Assembly: GCA_003151955.1 (NCBI GenBank)
Contig: PLZB01000060.1
Span: 1 to 24,221 of the forward strand
Reading direction: 5' to 3'
DNA: 24,221 bases
Origin: Acidimicrobiaceae bacterium
Lineage (GTDB): Bacteria > Actinomycetota > Acidimicrobiia > Acidimicrobiales > UBA8190
Shown: positions 1 through 7,966 of the stretch, piece by piece
How the letters are laid out: every line of letters begins with the position of its first letter
How positions within the stretch are numbered: position 1 is the stretch's first letter
Translations under genes and position numbers: made by a program
The notes under the pieces: model-generated
Told to the model about the DNA's origin: nothing
Seen by the model: the letters and a program-made list of their open reading frames with translations, nothing else
Database searches by the model: none

Positions 1-188
1 CCCCACCTCCGGGTGGGCCACCACCACCTCCTCCGGGTGGGCCACCACCCCCACCTCCGGGTGGGCCACCGCCACCAGGAGGTCCTCCGGGCGGTCCCGG
101 CGGTCCTGGTCCTGGCGGACCTGGGCCGGGCGGACCTGGGCCGGGCGGACCTGGGCCGGGCGGACCTGGGCCGGGGGGACCCGGAGGC
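1..188. repeat. Tandem DNA repeats. About 3 imperfect copies of a ~24-bp unit (ccacctccgggtgggccaccacc) cover 1-75. Four perfect copies of the 15-bp unit ggcggacctgggccg cover 114-173, with degenerate copies on either side.
   Basis: Read directly from the sequence. The + frame starting at position 3 translates the repeats as PPPGGPPPPPPGG...GGPGPGGPGPGGPGP. Confidence 0.85.
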
Positions 189-194
189 TACTGA
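3..194 (+). CDS. 3' end of a gene encoding a Pro/Gly-rich low-complexity C-terminal tail. The 5' end lies outside the window.
   Basis: The + frame starting at position 3 is open from the window edge to TGA at 192-194 and encodes only P/G repeats ending in GGY*. The reverse strand would also read as G/P-rich, so the strand is not certain. A large stem-loop and then the TetR promoter follow. Confidence 0.3.
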   Translation, partial: PPPGGPPPPPPGGPPPPPPGGPPPPGGPPGGPGGPGPGGPGPGGPGPGGPGPGGPGPGGPGGY

Positions 195-198
195 GTCA

Positions 199-270
199 GA
201 GGATCACCCTGCCCTCGTGGGCTGTTCGGCTCGAGTGCGAACCGGGCAGCCGCGAGGGTCGGGGTGATCT
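199..270 (+). terminator. Long imperfect stem-loop immediately after the TGA at 192-194; a possible intrinsic terminator or structured RNA.
   Basis: Three nested pairings: gatcaccc (202-209) with gggtgatc (261-268); ccctcg with cgaggg; ggctg with cagcc. No U-tract follows, which is common in high-GC actinobacteria. Confidence 0.3.
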
Positions 271-355
271 GACGGCGGAGTTTCGATACGGTGGATCCAG
301 GATCAGAGGTGGAGCCGATCCGACTCGGGTCTTTGGGCTCACGAGCTGGAAACAC

Positions 356-394
356 TTAGTTGCATAGTTAATGCAACTACCGTAGGGTTTGGGG
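356..394 (+). promoter_or_regulatory. TetR operator overlapping a promoter. The operator is the inverted repeat TAGTTGCAT-N5-ATGCAACTA (356-378). The promoter is a -35 TTGCAT (359-364), a 17-nt spacer and a -10 TAGGGT (382-387). The predicted transcription start is close to ATG 395, so the transcript would be leaderless.
   Basis: Perfect 9-bp arms with a 5-bp spacer, lying in the only AT-rich patch of the region, 17 bp upstream of the TetR start codon. The -10 fits the TANNNT consensus and no Shine-Dalgarno sequence is present. Confidence 0.5.
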
Positions 395-1042
395 ATGAGC
401 TTGGGGGCGGACGAGGTGACACGCCCGGCGCCTGCTGTCGACGGGAGAACAGCACGCGGTGAACGGACCCGGAGGGCGCTGGCCCAGGCCCTCATCGACC
501 TCCTCGAGGAAGGCGACCCACAGCCAACGGCCCGCCGTGTCGCCGAGCGGGCCGGGGTGTCGCTCCGTTCGGTCTTCCACCACTTCGAGAACCTCGAGAC
601 GCTCCTGGGGGCTGCGGTTGCCATCCAGAGCGAACGACATTGGGGGCTCATCCGGTCGATTCCGGTCAACCTCCCGGTCGAGGTGCGGATCAGCCGGTTG
701 GTGGAGGAGAGGGCCGGGCTCTTCGAGGCGATCTCGCCGGTTCGCCGATACGGGGTCCGTGCCGGGGCAGGGTCGCCGGCGATCGGGAAGATGATCGCCT
801 CGACGAGGCAGGTTCTCCGGCTGAGGGCACAGGCCATCTTCGCCCCTGAGTTCGAGACCCTCCCCGCCGATGAGGTCCTGACCCACCAGGACGCGCTCGA
901 CGTGGCCACATCCTGGGAGACGTGGGAACAACTCCGGCAGTACTCGGGGTGTTCCCCCGAGTCGGCCAGGCGGGCGATGGAACTCCTGCTGACCTCGATC
1001 CTGGCCCCGCTGGCCGCTCCACCGACCGGAGGCAGAGCATGA
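395..1042 (+). CDS. TetR/AcrR-family transcriptional regulator.
   Basis: The N-terminal helix-turn-helix ([15 protein letters not shown]...[25 protein letters not shown]) is the TetR signature. The reading frame starts at TTG 389 and ATG 395 is the likely start. The stop TGA (1040-1042) overlaps the next gene's ATG (ATGA). Confidence 0.85.
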   Translation: MSLGADEVTRPAPAVDGRTARGERTRRALAQALIDLLEEGDPQPTARRVAERAGVSLRSVFHHFENLETLLGAAVAIQSERHWGLIRSIPVNLPVEVRISRLVEERAGLFEAISPVRRYGVRAGAGSPAIGKMIASTRQVLRLRAQAIFAPEFETLPADEVLTHQDALDVATSWETWEQLRQYSGCSPESARRAMELLLTSILAPLAAPPTGGRA

Positions 1043-1962
1043 AGATCCTGCGGACACCCGAAGAGCGCTTCGAGGGGCTCGCCGGATATCCCTTCGAGCC
1101 CCATTACGTCGAGGTCCCGACCGGGGACGGATCGGGTGACCTCCGGGTCCACTACCTCGACGAGGGGCCCCGGGGCGCCAAGGAGACGGTGCTGCTGCTC
1201 CACGGGGAGCCTTCCTGGAGCTTCCTCTACCGGAAGATGGTCCCCCTCTTCGCCGCCTCGGGGTTCCGGGTCATCGCCCCCGACCTGGTGGGCTTCGGCC
1301 GGTCCGACAAGCCCGGTGAGCGCACGGACTACACCTACGCCCGCCATGTCGAATGGATGCGGAGCGCCCTCTTCGACGGCCTCGACCTGAAGCACCTGAC
1401 GCTCGTCTGCCAGGACTGGGGCGGGCTGGTCGGCCTCCGGCTGGTGGCCGAGCATCCGGACCGGTTCCGGCGGGTGGTGGCGGCCAACACGGGTCTCCCC
1501 ACCGGTGACGCCCACGTGGGGAAGGCCTTCCAGGCCTGGCTCCAGTTCTCCCAGGAGGTCCCCGAGCTCCCGGTCGGTCGGATCGTGGCCGGGGGATGCG
1601 CCCAGCCCGTGGCCGACGACGTGGTGGCAGGCTACGACGCCCCGTTCCCGGACGAGTCCTACAAGGAGGGGGCACGGCAGTTCCCGGTCCTCGTCCCGAT
1701 CACGCCGGAAGACCCCTCCTCGGAGGCCAACCGGAAGGCATGGGAGGTCCTCCGTGAGTTCAACCGGCCCTTCCTCTGCGCCTACAGCGACCAGGACCCC
1801 ATCACCCGGGGGGCCGACGAGCTCTTCCTGACCGACGTCCCGGGGACGACGGGCCAGGGTCACCGGACCATCGAGGGCGGAGGGCACTTCCTCCAGGAGG
1901 ACCAGCCCCACGCCCTGGCCCTGGCCGTGACGGACTTCATCCACCTGAATCCCCTCGGCTGA
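1039..1962 (+). CDS. Haloalkane dehalogenase of the HLD-I subfamily (DhlA-like alpha/beta hydrolase).
   Basis: Aligns along its length with Xanthobacter DhlA. Matching blocks include [17 protein letters not shown] and [16 protein letters not shown]. It carries the nucleophile motif QDWGG (Asp-Trp), the cap-domain Trp (FQAWLQF), a conserved Asp (SDQDPI) and the C-terminal His (GGHFLQED). A GGAGG RBS lies 6 nt upstream of ATG 1039. Confidence 0.85.
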   Translation: MKILRTPEERFEGLAGYPFEPHYVEVPTGDGSGDLRVHYLDEGPRGAKETVLLLHGEPSWSFLYRKMVPLFAASGFRVIAPDLVGFGRSDKPGERTDYTYARHVEWMRSALFDGLDLKHLTLVCQDWGGLVGLRLVAEHPDRFRRVVAANTGLPTGDAHVGKAFQAWLQFSQEVPELPVGRIVAGGCAQPVADDVVAGYDAPFPDESYKEGARQFPVLVPITPEDPSSEANRKAWEVLREFNRPFLCAYSDQDPITRGADELFLTDVPGTTGQGHRTIEGGGHFLQEDQPHALALAVTDFIHLNPLG

Positions 1963-1974
1963 GAGCCGGACCCC

Positions 1975-3501
1975 ATGGGCCGGAAGATCCTCTTCGTCAC
2001 CACGGACCAGCAGCGCTTCGACGCTCTGGGGTGCAACGGGGGGACCGTGGCCCGGACCCCGGTCATCGACAGTCTGGCCGCCGGGGGTCTCAACTATCGG
2101 CGGGCGCACAACCAGAACACCGTCTGCATGCCGGCCCGGTCGACCATGATCACCGGCCAGTACCCCCGGACCCACGGGGTGGTCTCCAACGGGATACCGC
2201 TGCCGGTCGAGGCCCCCTCGATCGCCGGCTACCTCCACGAGGAGGCCGGCTACCGGACGGCCCTCCTGGGGAAGGCCCACTTCCAGCCGGGGATGGACCC
2301 GAAGCACCAGTGGACCGAGAACCGGCTGGCCCATCTCGGGTCGACGGGCCCCTACCGGGGGTTCGAGCACGCCGAGCTGGCCATGCACGGCTACCTCTAC
2401 CAGTGGCACTACGACAAGTGGCTGGAGACCAACTGCCCGGAGTGGATCGGCGGCTACTACCCCCTCCTCTCGGCGGCAGGTCTCAACGAAGAGGGCGGGG
2501 GGGACACCGGGGCGCCCGAGGTGAAGCAGAACCCCATCCCCACTGCCATGTACCACACGGCCTGGGTCGCCGACCGGACGATCGCATGGCTCGACAGCCT
2601 CAGCGCCGACGAGGACTGGTTCTGCTGGATGAGCTTCCCCGACCCCCACCACCCCTGGGACCCCCCCTACGAAGAGGTCCGGAACCGGGTCGACTGGCGT
2701 GATCTCGACCTCCCCCCCGGCCATCCGGGGAGCCGGGAGAAGATCGTCGAGGTCCTGGCCCGGAAGCCCCACCACTGGCTCGACTGGTACGAGGGGCGGT
2801 TCCAGAACCGGGAGGGTGGTCCGGCGAAGTTCGTCCCGGCCGCGATGACCGATGACCAGCTCCGGGAGGTCACGGCCATGATCCACGTCGAGAACGAGCT
2901 CATCGACGAGGCCCTGGGCCGGGTCATGACCCGGATCGGGGAACGGGGCTGGGGCCAGGACACCGACGTCCTCTTCAGCACCGACCACGGGGAGCTCCAG
3001 GGGGACTTCGGGCTCCTCTTCAAGGGGCCCTACCACGTCGACGCCCTGATGCGGGTCCCCCTGGTCTGGCGGCCGGCCCCCTCGGCGGGAACGACCCCGG
3101 CCGAGATCGAGGAGCCCGTCGGCCACCTCGACCTGGCCCCCACCTTCTGCGCCATCGCCGGGGTCCCGGTCCCGGACTGGGTCCAGGGGGAGGTCCTCCC
3201 CACCGCCCCCGGCTCCGGGCGGGAACGGGTCATCACCGAGTGGGAGAGCCAGTTCCCCGACATCGGGATGAAGCTCGAGACGATCTACCGGGACGGCTGG
3301 GTCTGTACCAGCTACGGGGCCGGCCCCCTCTACGAGGGCACCGAGGGGGAGCTCTACGACCTGGCCGAGGACCCCCTCCAGTGGGTGAACCTCTGGGACG
3401 ACCCGGCCCACCGGGCCCGCCGGGAGGAGCTCCTCACCGACCTGGCCGACCACCTCCCTGCCCACCGGGAGCCGGCCCTGGCGGTGGAAGCGCCGGTCTG
3501 A
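1975..3501 (+). CDS. Cys-type sulfatase (arylsulfatase family). It has no signal peptide, so it is predicted to be cytoplasmic.
   Basis: It begins with FVTTDQQRFDALGCNG. The formylglycine motif CMPARSTMITG (C-x-P-x-R) is present, as are the sulfatase metal-binding blocks (SFPDPHHPWDPP, STDHGE). Confidence 0.85.
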   Translation: MGRKILFVTTDQQRFDALGCNGGTVARTPVIDSLAAGGLNYRRAHNQNTVCMPARSTMITGQYPRTHGVVSNGIPLPVEAPSIAGYLHEEAGYRTALLGKAHFQPGMDPKHQWTENRLAHLGSTGPYRGFEHAELAMHGYLYQWHYDKWLETNCPEWIGGYYPLLSAAGLNEEGGGDTGAPEVKQNPIPTAMYHTAWVADRTIAWLDSLSADEDWFCWMSFPDPHHPWDPPYEEVRNRVDWRDLDLPPGHPGSREKIVEVLARKPHHWLDWYEGRFQNREGGPAKFVPAAMTDDQLREVTAMIHVENELIDEALGRVMTRIGERGWGQDTDVLFSTDHGELQGDFGLLFKGPYHVDALMRVPLVWRPAPSAGTTPAEIEEPVGHLDLAPTFCAIAGVPVPDWVQGEVLPTAPGSGRERVITEWESQFPDIGMKLETIYRDGWVCTSYGAGPLYEGTEGELYDLAEDPLQWVNLWDDPAHRARREELLTDLADHLPAHREPALAVEAPV

Positions 3502-3968
3502 GCCGAGGACCTGGAACGTTTCCGCGGAAAGACTTCGGCGTTGGCGCCGGACGTTGCAGTGACCAACGACCGCTACGGTGGTGGAGGTGGCGGACAGAAC
3601 GGGCGGACCGGGTGAGCCGATTGGTGACGACGAAGTCCTCACTCAATACGGCTACGACGACGGCTCAGCTCCGGCGTTCAGGTCGGCGCCCCGAGAGAGT
3701 GACACCGACGGGGTGTCGATGATCCGAGGCGCTCTGGTCGCGACCGAAGCCGCCCGGATGGTTCGAAACGGCAGGACCTCCCCCGATCCAACATTCGACC
3801 GCGTCAGGTTGACCAGGGCCGGAACCCTCCGGAAAGCCGGATTCGAGGTGACCCACACGCCGTCCAAGCGCCTTCCCGGCCATGTGAGCGTCAGCCGGTC
3901 CCAAACCTGGGACGGAGACGTGACCGAGGCCTTTCACCTATGCTTTGGCCGTGTCGAAGGAGGTCAAG

Positions 3969-4430
3969 ATGTCTGATCAGATCCTCCTGGTCCGAGGGAT
4001 GCTCCCGTGGACGCCTTCTCCGGGTGCGGAGCTCCTGAAGGTGTACCACCGGTATGACCAGCCGCTCCAGGGCATCCTCGACCAGGATGGGGCTCTCTAC
4101 CTGTTCGAATGCGTCGCGGGCGAGGTGGGGCCCTGGAGCGTCTGGATCTACAGCTATGTCCAGGCATCCGAGGTTGCCGCCCTCGATGAAGCTGAGGGGG
4201 AAGAATTCGAGGCGCTCGTGGCACATAGCCGGGCCGAGCGGCCCTGCAAGCTCGCACTCTCCATGGAAAATGCGGGAATTGTCGTCGTGGCGAACGTCTT
4301 GGACATGCGGGGCGGGTTGAAAGCTGGCTTCGAGGAACTGGTTGCGCTTTTCAACGAGCATCTCGAAGATCTCCGCCGCGCCAGCGTCGAGATCGAACAC
4401 GCCGACTGGACAAAGCTGGCTGCCAGCTGA
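3969..4430 (+). CDS. Hypothetical acidic protein of 153 aa. It is an orphan gene with no recognisable family, sitting in a lower-GC patch.
   Basis: A strong RBS GAAGGAGG (3956-3963) lies 5 nt before ATG 3969. GC at third codon positions is high in this frame. The product reads as globular (MSDQILLVRGMLPWTPSPGAELLKVYHRYDQPL...). Confidence 0.55.
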   Translation: MSDQILLVRGMLPWTPSPGAELLKVYHRYDQPLQGILDQDGALYLFECVAGEVGPWSVWIYSYVQASEVAALDEAEGEEFEALVAHSRAERPCKLALSMENAGIVVVANVLDMRGGLKAGFEELVALFNEHLEDLRRASVEIEHADWTKLAAS

Positions 4431-4439
4431 TCCCGCGGA

Positions 4440-4776
4440 GTCGCTCGGTCAGGGCGTCCCGACCCTCGGCCGCAGAGGTGCAGAGGCCAACGGGGCCGCT
4501 CGCACGGGGACGCATCCGCGAGCTTCGAAGACCGGAGGTCTGGCGCACCCTCCATGCTGTCCCAGATCTCGCGGGGGGCCAGACCGGTCAGTCCAAACGC
4601 CTGGACCCGCTCCACTACGGTCGACGTCATGGAGAACGTTCCGCTCACATCCTCAGGAGTCCCGAAGGCGTGCACCTCGGGGTCGAGGGCCTCGGGACGA
4701 GAGGCGATGTGGGCTGCGTTTTGTCGATCCAGGGCTGGTAGCTCTTGAGGTCGGGGTAGAACTCGTAGATCCTCAT
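4440..4776 (-). pseudogene. Possible frameshifted gene remnant downstream of the dioxygenase gene.
   Basis: An ATG at 4776-4774 (3 nt after the dioxygenase stop) opens MRIYEFYPDLKSYQPWIDKTQPTSPLVPRPS..., which terminates after about 43 codons. A second minus-strand frame continues in protein-like fashion (HAFGTPEDVSGTFSMTSTVVERVQAFGLTGLAPREIWDSMEGAPDL). No intact long ORF remains. Confidence 0.2.
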
Positions 4777-4779
4777 CGG

Positions 4780-6117
4780 CTACGGGGCGTCGGCCACCCA
4801 GTTCCCGTGGAACCCCTCGGGGACCCGCTGGGGGAGCTCGACGGTGGCGACGGGCTCGGCGGTGACATCCGCGGCGTCGAGGACGAAGAGGTCGGAGGTG
4901 TCCCGGGCGGCGTCGTAGGCGAGGAGGAGGACCCAGCCGTCATCCTCGGCGGAAATGGGACTCCGGGGGACGAAGACGGCCTCACCGATGCCGACTCCGG
5001 CCGGGAAGGTCCGGGCCTGGCTGGTCCCGGCCACCAGGTCGTGCTTCAGGAGGGTGTCGGCCCCGTAGAGGGAGCTGTCCCCGGCGGCGAGGCCGACGGA
5101 CCAGCCGTAGCGGTGGCGGCGACCGACGACCCGCTCGTCGACCCGGGGGAACTCCGAGGGCCGGTCGTCGAGCTGCTCGGTGTGGACCTTCCCGGCGGCG
5201 GGGTCGATGGTCCAGCGCCAGAGGGCGGGGTTGCTCCCGTAGGGGCCGGCCGCCCCCCGGTCGAAGATCCGGTCGTGGCGGACGACGTCGACGACGACGG
5301 TCTCCCCCTCGTCGTAGGCGTTCAGGGGATGGAAGACGTAGGAGGGCTCCATCTCGACCCAGACCACCTCCGAGCCGGGAGCCCCGAAGGGGAGGACCCC
5401 GATCCGGTTCCCGTAGTCCGGGTTCCAGGAGTAGGGGAAGGGGGCGCTCGACAGGTCGAAGGTGACGGGCTGGTCGTAGAAGACGGCCCTCGTCCCCGTG
5501 ATCGACATGTCGTGGACCATGGGGGACCCGGGGACGGGGATGGCCTCGTTGCTGACCACCAGCCCGTCGGTCCCGACGACGAGGTACTGGAGGTGGGGGA
5601 GGCCCCAGTAGTAGGCGCAGGCGTGGAGCTCCCCCGTCACCGGGTCCAGCTTGGGGTGGGCCGTGAAGCCGTTCGGGAGGGTTCCCTGGAAGTCGCTTCG
5701 GCGGACCGTCTCGAGATCCCAGCTGAGCTCGATGGGCCGGGCTCCCGCCTCGACCAGGGCCAGGGTCCGGCCGCCGTGCCCGATCACATTGGTGTTGGCG
5801 GAGAAGTCCATCCCCCCGTGGACCTCCCCCGGGGGGTCGGGCTCGCCCCTGGCCTCGGCGATGGCCTGGTTCCGGACCCACCGGTTCCGGTACCACTCGG
5901 CCTTCCCGGCGCGGAGACGGATCCCGTGGACCATGCCGTCGCCGAGGAACCAGTGGTAGGCGGCCGGGTCGGGCGGGACGAGGGGGTTGGGGCCGATCCG
6001 GAGGTACCGACCCGAGAGCTCCTCGGGGAGCCGGCCCCGGACGGGGAGGTTCGTCGCCGTGACCTCCTCGGCCACGGGGGCGAAGTTGCCGGCCAGGTAG
6101 ACGCTCGTCTCGGTCAT
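4780..6117 (-). CDS. Carotenoid / stilbene cleavage oxygenase (CCD / RPE65 / lignostilbene-dioxygenase family).
   Basis: Family-typical blocks include the N-terminal LSGRYLRIGPNP, FDGDGMVHG-like GDGMVHGIR, HPKLDPVTGEL, FHPLNAY, and a C-terminal EGFHGNWV. I call the start at ATG 6117 (MTETSVYLAGNFAPV) rather than the longer ORF starting at 6177, which would run through the PadR start and the palindrome. Confidence 0.8.
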   Translation of the reverse strand: MTETSVYLAGNFAPVAEEVTATNLPVRGRLPEELSGRYLRIGPNPLVPPDPAAYHWFLGDGMVHGIRLRAGKAEWYRNRWVRNQAIAEARGEPDPPGEVHGGMDFSANTNVIGHGGRTLALVEAGARPIELSWDLETVRRSDFQGTLPNGFTAHPKLDPVTGELHACAYYWGLPHLQYLVVGTDGLVVSNEAIPVPGSPMVHDMSITGTRAVFYDQPVTFDLSSAPFPYSWNPDYGNRIGVLPFGAPGSEVVWVEMEPSYVFHPLNAYDEGETVVVDVVRHDRIFDRGAAGPYGSNPALWRWTIDPAAGKVHTEQLDDRPSEFPRVDERVVGRRHRYGWSVGLAAGDSSLYGADTLLKHDLVAGTSQARTFPAGVGIGEAVFVPRSPISAEDDGWVLLLAYDAARDTSDLFVLDAADVTAEPVATVELPQRVPEGFHGNWVADAP

Positions 6118-6130
6118 CCCCCAGTGATAC

Positions 6131-6149
6131 ACTGTCCATAGTGGACAGT
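6131..6149. promoter_or_regulatory. Inverted repeat ACTGTCCA-TAG-TGGACAGT in the 41-bp gap between the divergent oxygenase and PadR genes; a candidate PadR operator.
   Basis: Perfect 8-bp arms with a 3-bp spacer, centred in the divergent region (6118-6158). Both genes must be transcribed with very short or absent leaders. Confidence 0.45.
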
Positions 6150-6158
6150 CAAGGGAGG

Positions 6159-6683
6159 TTGAACGCGACGGCGGCATCGCTCCTCGGGGTCCTCCGGCGC
6201 CACGGGGAGCTCACCGGGGCCGGGCTGGTCCGGGCCACGCTCCTCGAGATCGGGGAGTTCTTCCCCCTGGCCCGGAGCCAGGCCTACCGGGAGCTGACCG
6301 ACCTGGCCGACCACGACCTGGTGGAGGCCGGCCCCCCCGGCCCCCGGTCCTCCCGCCCCCACCGGGTCACCCGGGCCGGCGAGGTGGCGTTCCTGGAGTG
6401 GCTGGCCCAGACCCCGGGGGAGGACTCCGTCCGGTTCCCCCTCCTCCTCACCATCTCCTTCGGGTCCGACCTCCCCCCGGCCCGGCTGGCCGAGCTCGTC
6501 GACGCCCATGAGGCCCGCCACCGGGAGAAGCTGGCCCGGTACCGGGCCCTCCTTCCCCAGGTGGAGGAGCACGCCGACGCCTTCGTGGCCGCCACCCTCC
6601 ATCTCGGGATCCGCTACCAGGAGGCCACCCTGGCCTGGTTCTCCGAGCTCCCCCCCGAGGTCCGGGGACGGATCAGCCGTTGA
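6159..6683 (+). CDS. PadR-family transcriptional regulator.
   Basis: A winged-helix N-terminus (LLGVLRRHGELTGAGLVRATLLEIGEFFPLARSQAYRELTDLADHDLVE) is followed by a C-terminal helical dimerisation region. The start is ambiguous between GTG 6141 and TTG 6159. I chose 6159 so that the palindrome stays outside the coding sequence. Confidence 0.65.
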   Translation: MNATAASLLGVLRRHGELTGAGLVRATLLEIGEFFPLARSQAYRELTDLADHDLVEAGPPGPRSSRPHRVTRAGEVAFLEWLAQTPGEDSVRFPLLLTISFGSDLPPARLAELVDAHEARHREKLARYRALLPQVEEHADAFVAATLHLGIRYQEATLAWFSELPPEVRGRISR

Positions 6684-7248
6684 ACTGGTGGAGGACGGGG
6701 CCGTCGTGGCCCCAGCCGATCCTCGTCACCGAGGCGGTCGAGAGGTGGAGCCGCCAGGCCAGCTCGTCGCCGAGGCCGAGGGCCCAGGCCACGGCGGCCT
6801 TGATGGGCGAGACGTGGCTCACGACCACCACGTCGGTGCCGGCCCGGGCCCCGGCGCCGTCCTCGGCGAAGAGCTCCCGGCAGGCGCCCCGGACCCGCTC
6901 CCCCATCTCGAGGAGGGTCTCCCCCCCGGGGGGCCGGAAGCCGGGATCGGCCCGCCAGGCCTTCCAGAGATCGGCGGGGACGTCGGCGAGCCTCGTCCCG
7001 TCGAGCTCCCCGTAGTCGACCTCGAGCCAACGGTCGTCGAACTCCAGGGGAAGGTCACCGGCCAGGGCCAGGGCCGTCGCCCGGGCCCGACCCAGGGGGC
7101 TCGAGACGACCCGGCCCAGGCTCGGGAACCGGCCGGCCAGGGCGGCGGCCTGGGCCGATCCCGAATCCGTCAGGGGGGACTCCATCCGGCCCAGTAGGAG
7201 CCCGGCCCGGTTCCCAGCCGACTCCCCATGGCGGACGAGGATGAGCAC
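6673..7248 (-). CDS. Histidine phosphatase family protein (phosphoglycerate-mutase-like; CobC / alpha-ribazole-phosphatase-like).
   Basis: The N-terminal LVRHGES motif (catalytic RHG) and the internal His (VSHVSPI) are present. GTG start at 7248, 4 nt after the stop of the preceding gene. The 3' end overlaps PadR by 11 bp (convergent). Confidence 0.8.
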   Translation of the reverse strand: MLILVRHGESAGNRAGLLLGRMESPLTDSGSAQAAALAGRFPSLGRVVSSPLGRARATALALAGDLPLEFDDRWLEVDYGELDGTRLADVPADLWKAWRADPGFRPPGGETLLEMGERVRGACRELFAEDGAGARAGTDVVVVSHVSPIKAAVAWALGLGDELAWRLHLSTASVTRIGWGHDGPVLHQFNG

Positions 7249-7252
7249 GTTC

Positions 7253-7966
7253 CTAGCGGACCAGGATCCGGCCGCACTGGTCGCAGGTCATGACGGCGTC
7301 GGGGGGGGCCTTCCTGATCCGGTCGACCTCCATGGCCGGCAGGACGAGGTGGCAGCCCCCACAGGATCCCCCCACCAGCCGGGCCGCCCCCGTCCCTCCC
7401 AGCCGGGTCCGGAGTGTCTCGTAGCGGGCCAGGAGCTCGGCCGGGACCGACCCGGCCAGGGCGGCCCGCTCCCCGAGGAGCCGGTCCAGGTCGCCCTGGA
7501 GGTCCCCCTCGGCCACGGTGATGGCGGCCCGGAGGGTGCCGGCCTCCTCCTCCAGGGTCGCCGTCTCCGCCGCGGCGACCGTCAGCCGGTCGTCGAGGGG
7601 CTCGAGCTCCTCCATGATCTCGAGCTCCCGGTCCTCGAGCTCCCGCACGTGCTGGCCGAGGTGCCGGACCTCCTCGTCCATGGCCTGGAGCTCCCGGGCC
7701 GCGGTGACCTGGCCCCCGAACATCCGCTTCTCGATCTCCGCCTTCCGGCTCCGGGCCGTCCCGATCTGGTGCTCGAGGGCCTCCTGGCGGGCGCCGAGCT
7801 CGTCCCGCTCCTTCTGGACCGTCGCCATCCGGCTCGAGAGCCCGCTCACCGCGGCCCGGTTGGCAGTCAGGGCGACCCGCTCCGGGAGGCTGGCCAGCCG
7901 GTGCCGGACCTGGTCGACGGCGGTGTCGTGGTCCTGCAGGTCGAGCAGGCTCGTGAATTGGGTCAT
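7253..7966 (-). CDS. COG1579-type coiled-coil protein with a C-terminal C4 zinc ribbon (the family of mycobacterial Rv2229c).
   Basis: A long heptad-rich coiled coil (ELEDRELEIMEELEPLDDRL...) is followed by CGGCHLVLP...MTCDQCGRILV. The ATG start overlaps the NUDIX stop (ATGA at 7963-7966). Confidence 0.75.
   Translation of the reverse strand: MTQFTSLLDLQDHDTAVDQVRHRLASLPERVALTANRAAVSGLSSRMATVQKERDELGARQEALEHQIGTARSRKAEIEKRMFGGQVTAARELQAMDEEVRHLGQHVRELEDRELEIMEELEPLDDRLTVAAAETATLEEEAGTLRAAITVAEGDLQGDLDRLLGERAALAGSVPAELLARYETLRTRLGGTGAARLVGGSCGGCHLVLPAMEVDRIRKAPPDAVMTCDQCGRILVR

Noticed and set aside
3519-3530. The TTTCCGCGGAAA palindrome after the sulfatase stop, as a possible standalone terminator.
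   Set aside because: A 12-bp perfect palindrome, but it has no U-tract and overlaps the GAACGTTTCCGC motif. It is more economically explained as part of that recurring site, so I reported it only within the finding.
196-3642. A 1148-aa ORF on the minus strand spanning the TetR, dehalogenase and sulfatase genes.
   Set aside because: It is antisense to three plus-strand genes with clear family motifs (QDWGG, CMPAR). Its product is a low-complexity mix of R, G, P and V, typical of a stop-poor reverse frame in ~72% GC DNA.
4342-6177. Long ORFs overlapping the oxygenase gene: + 4342..6141, - 4982..6139, and the extended oxygenase start at 6177.
   Set aside because: Only the minus frame 4780..6117 carries the CCD family blocks. 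The extension to 6177 would overlap the PadR start and the operator palindrome. The other frames are Arg/Gly/Pro-rich nonsense.
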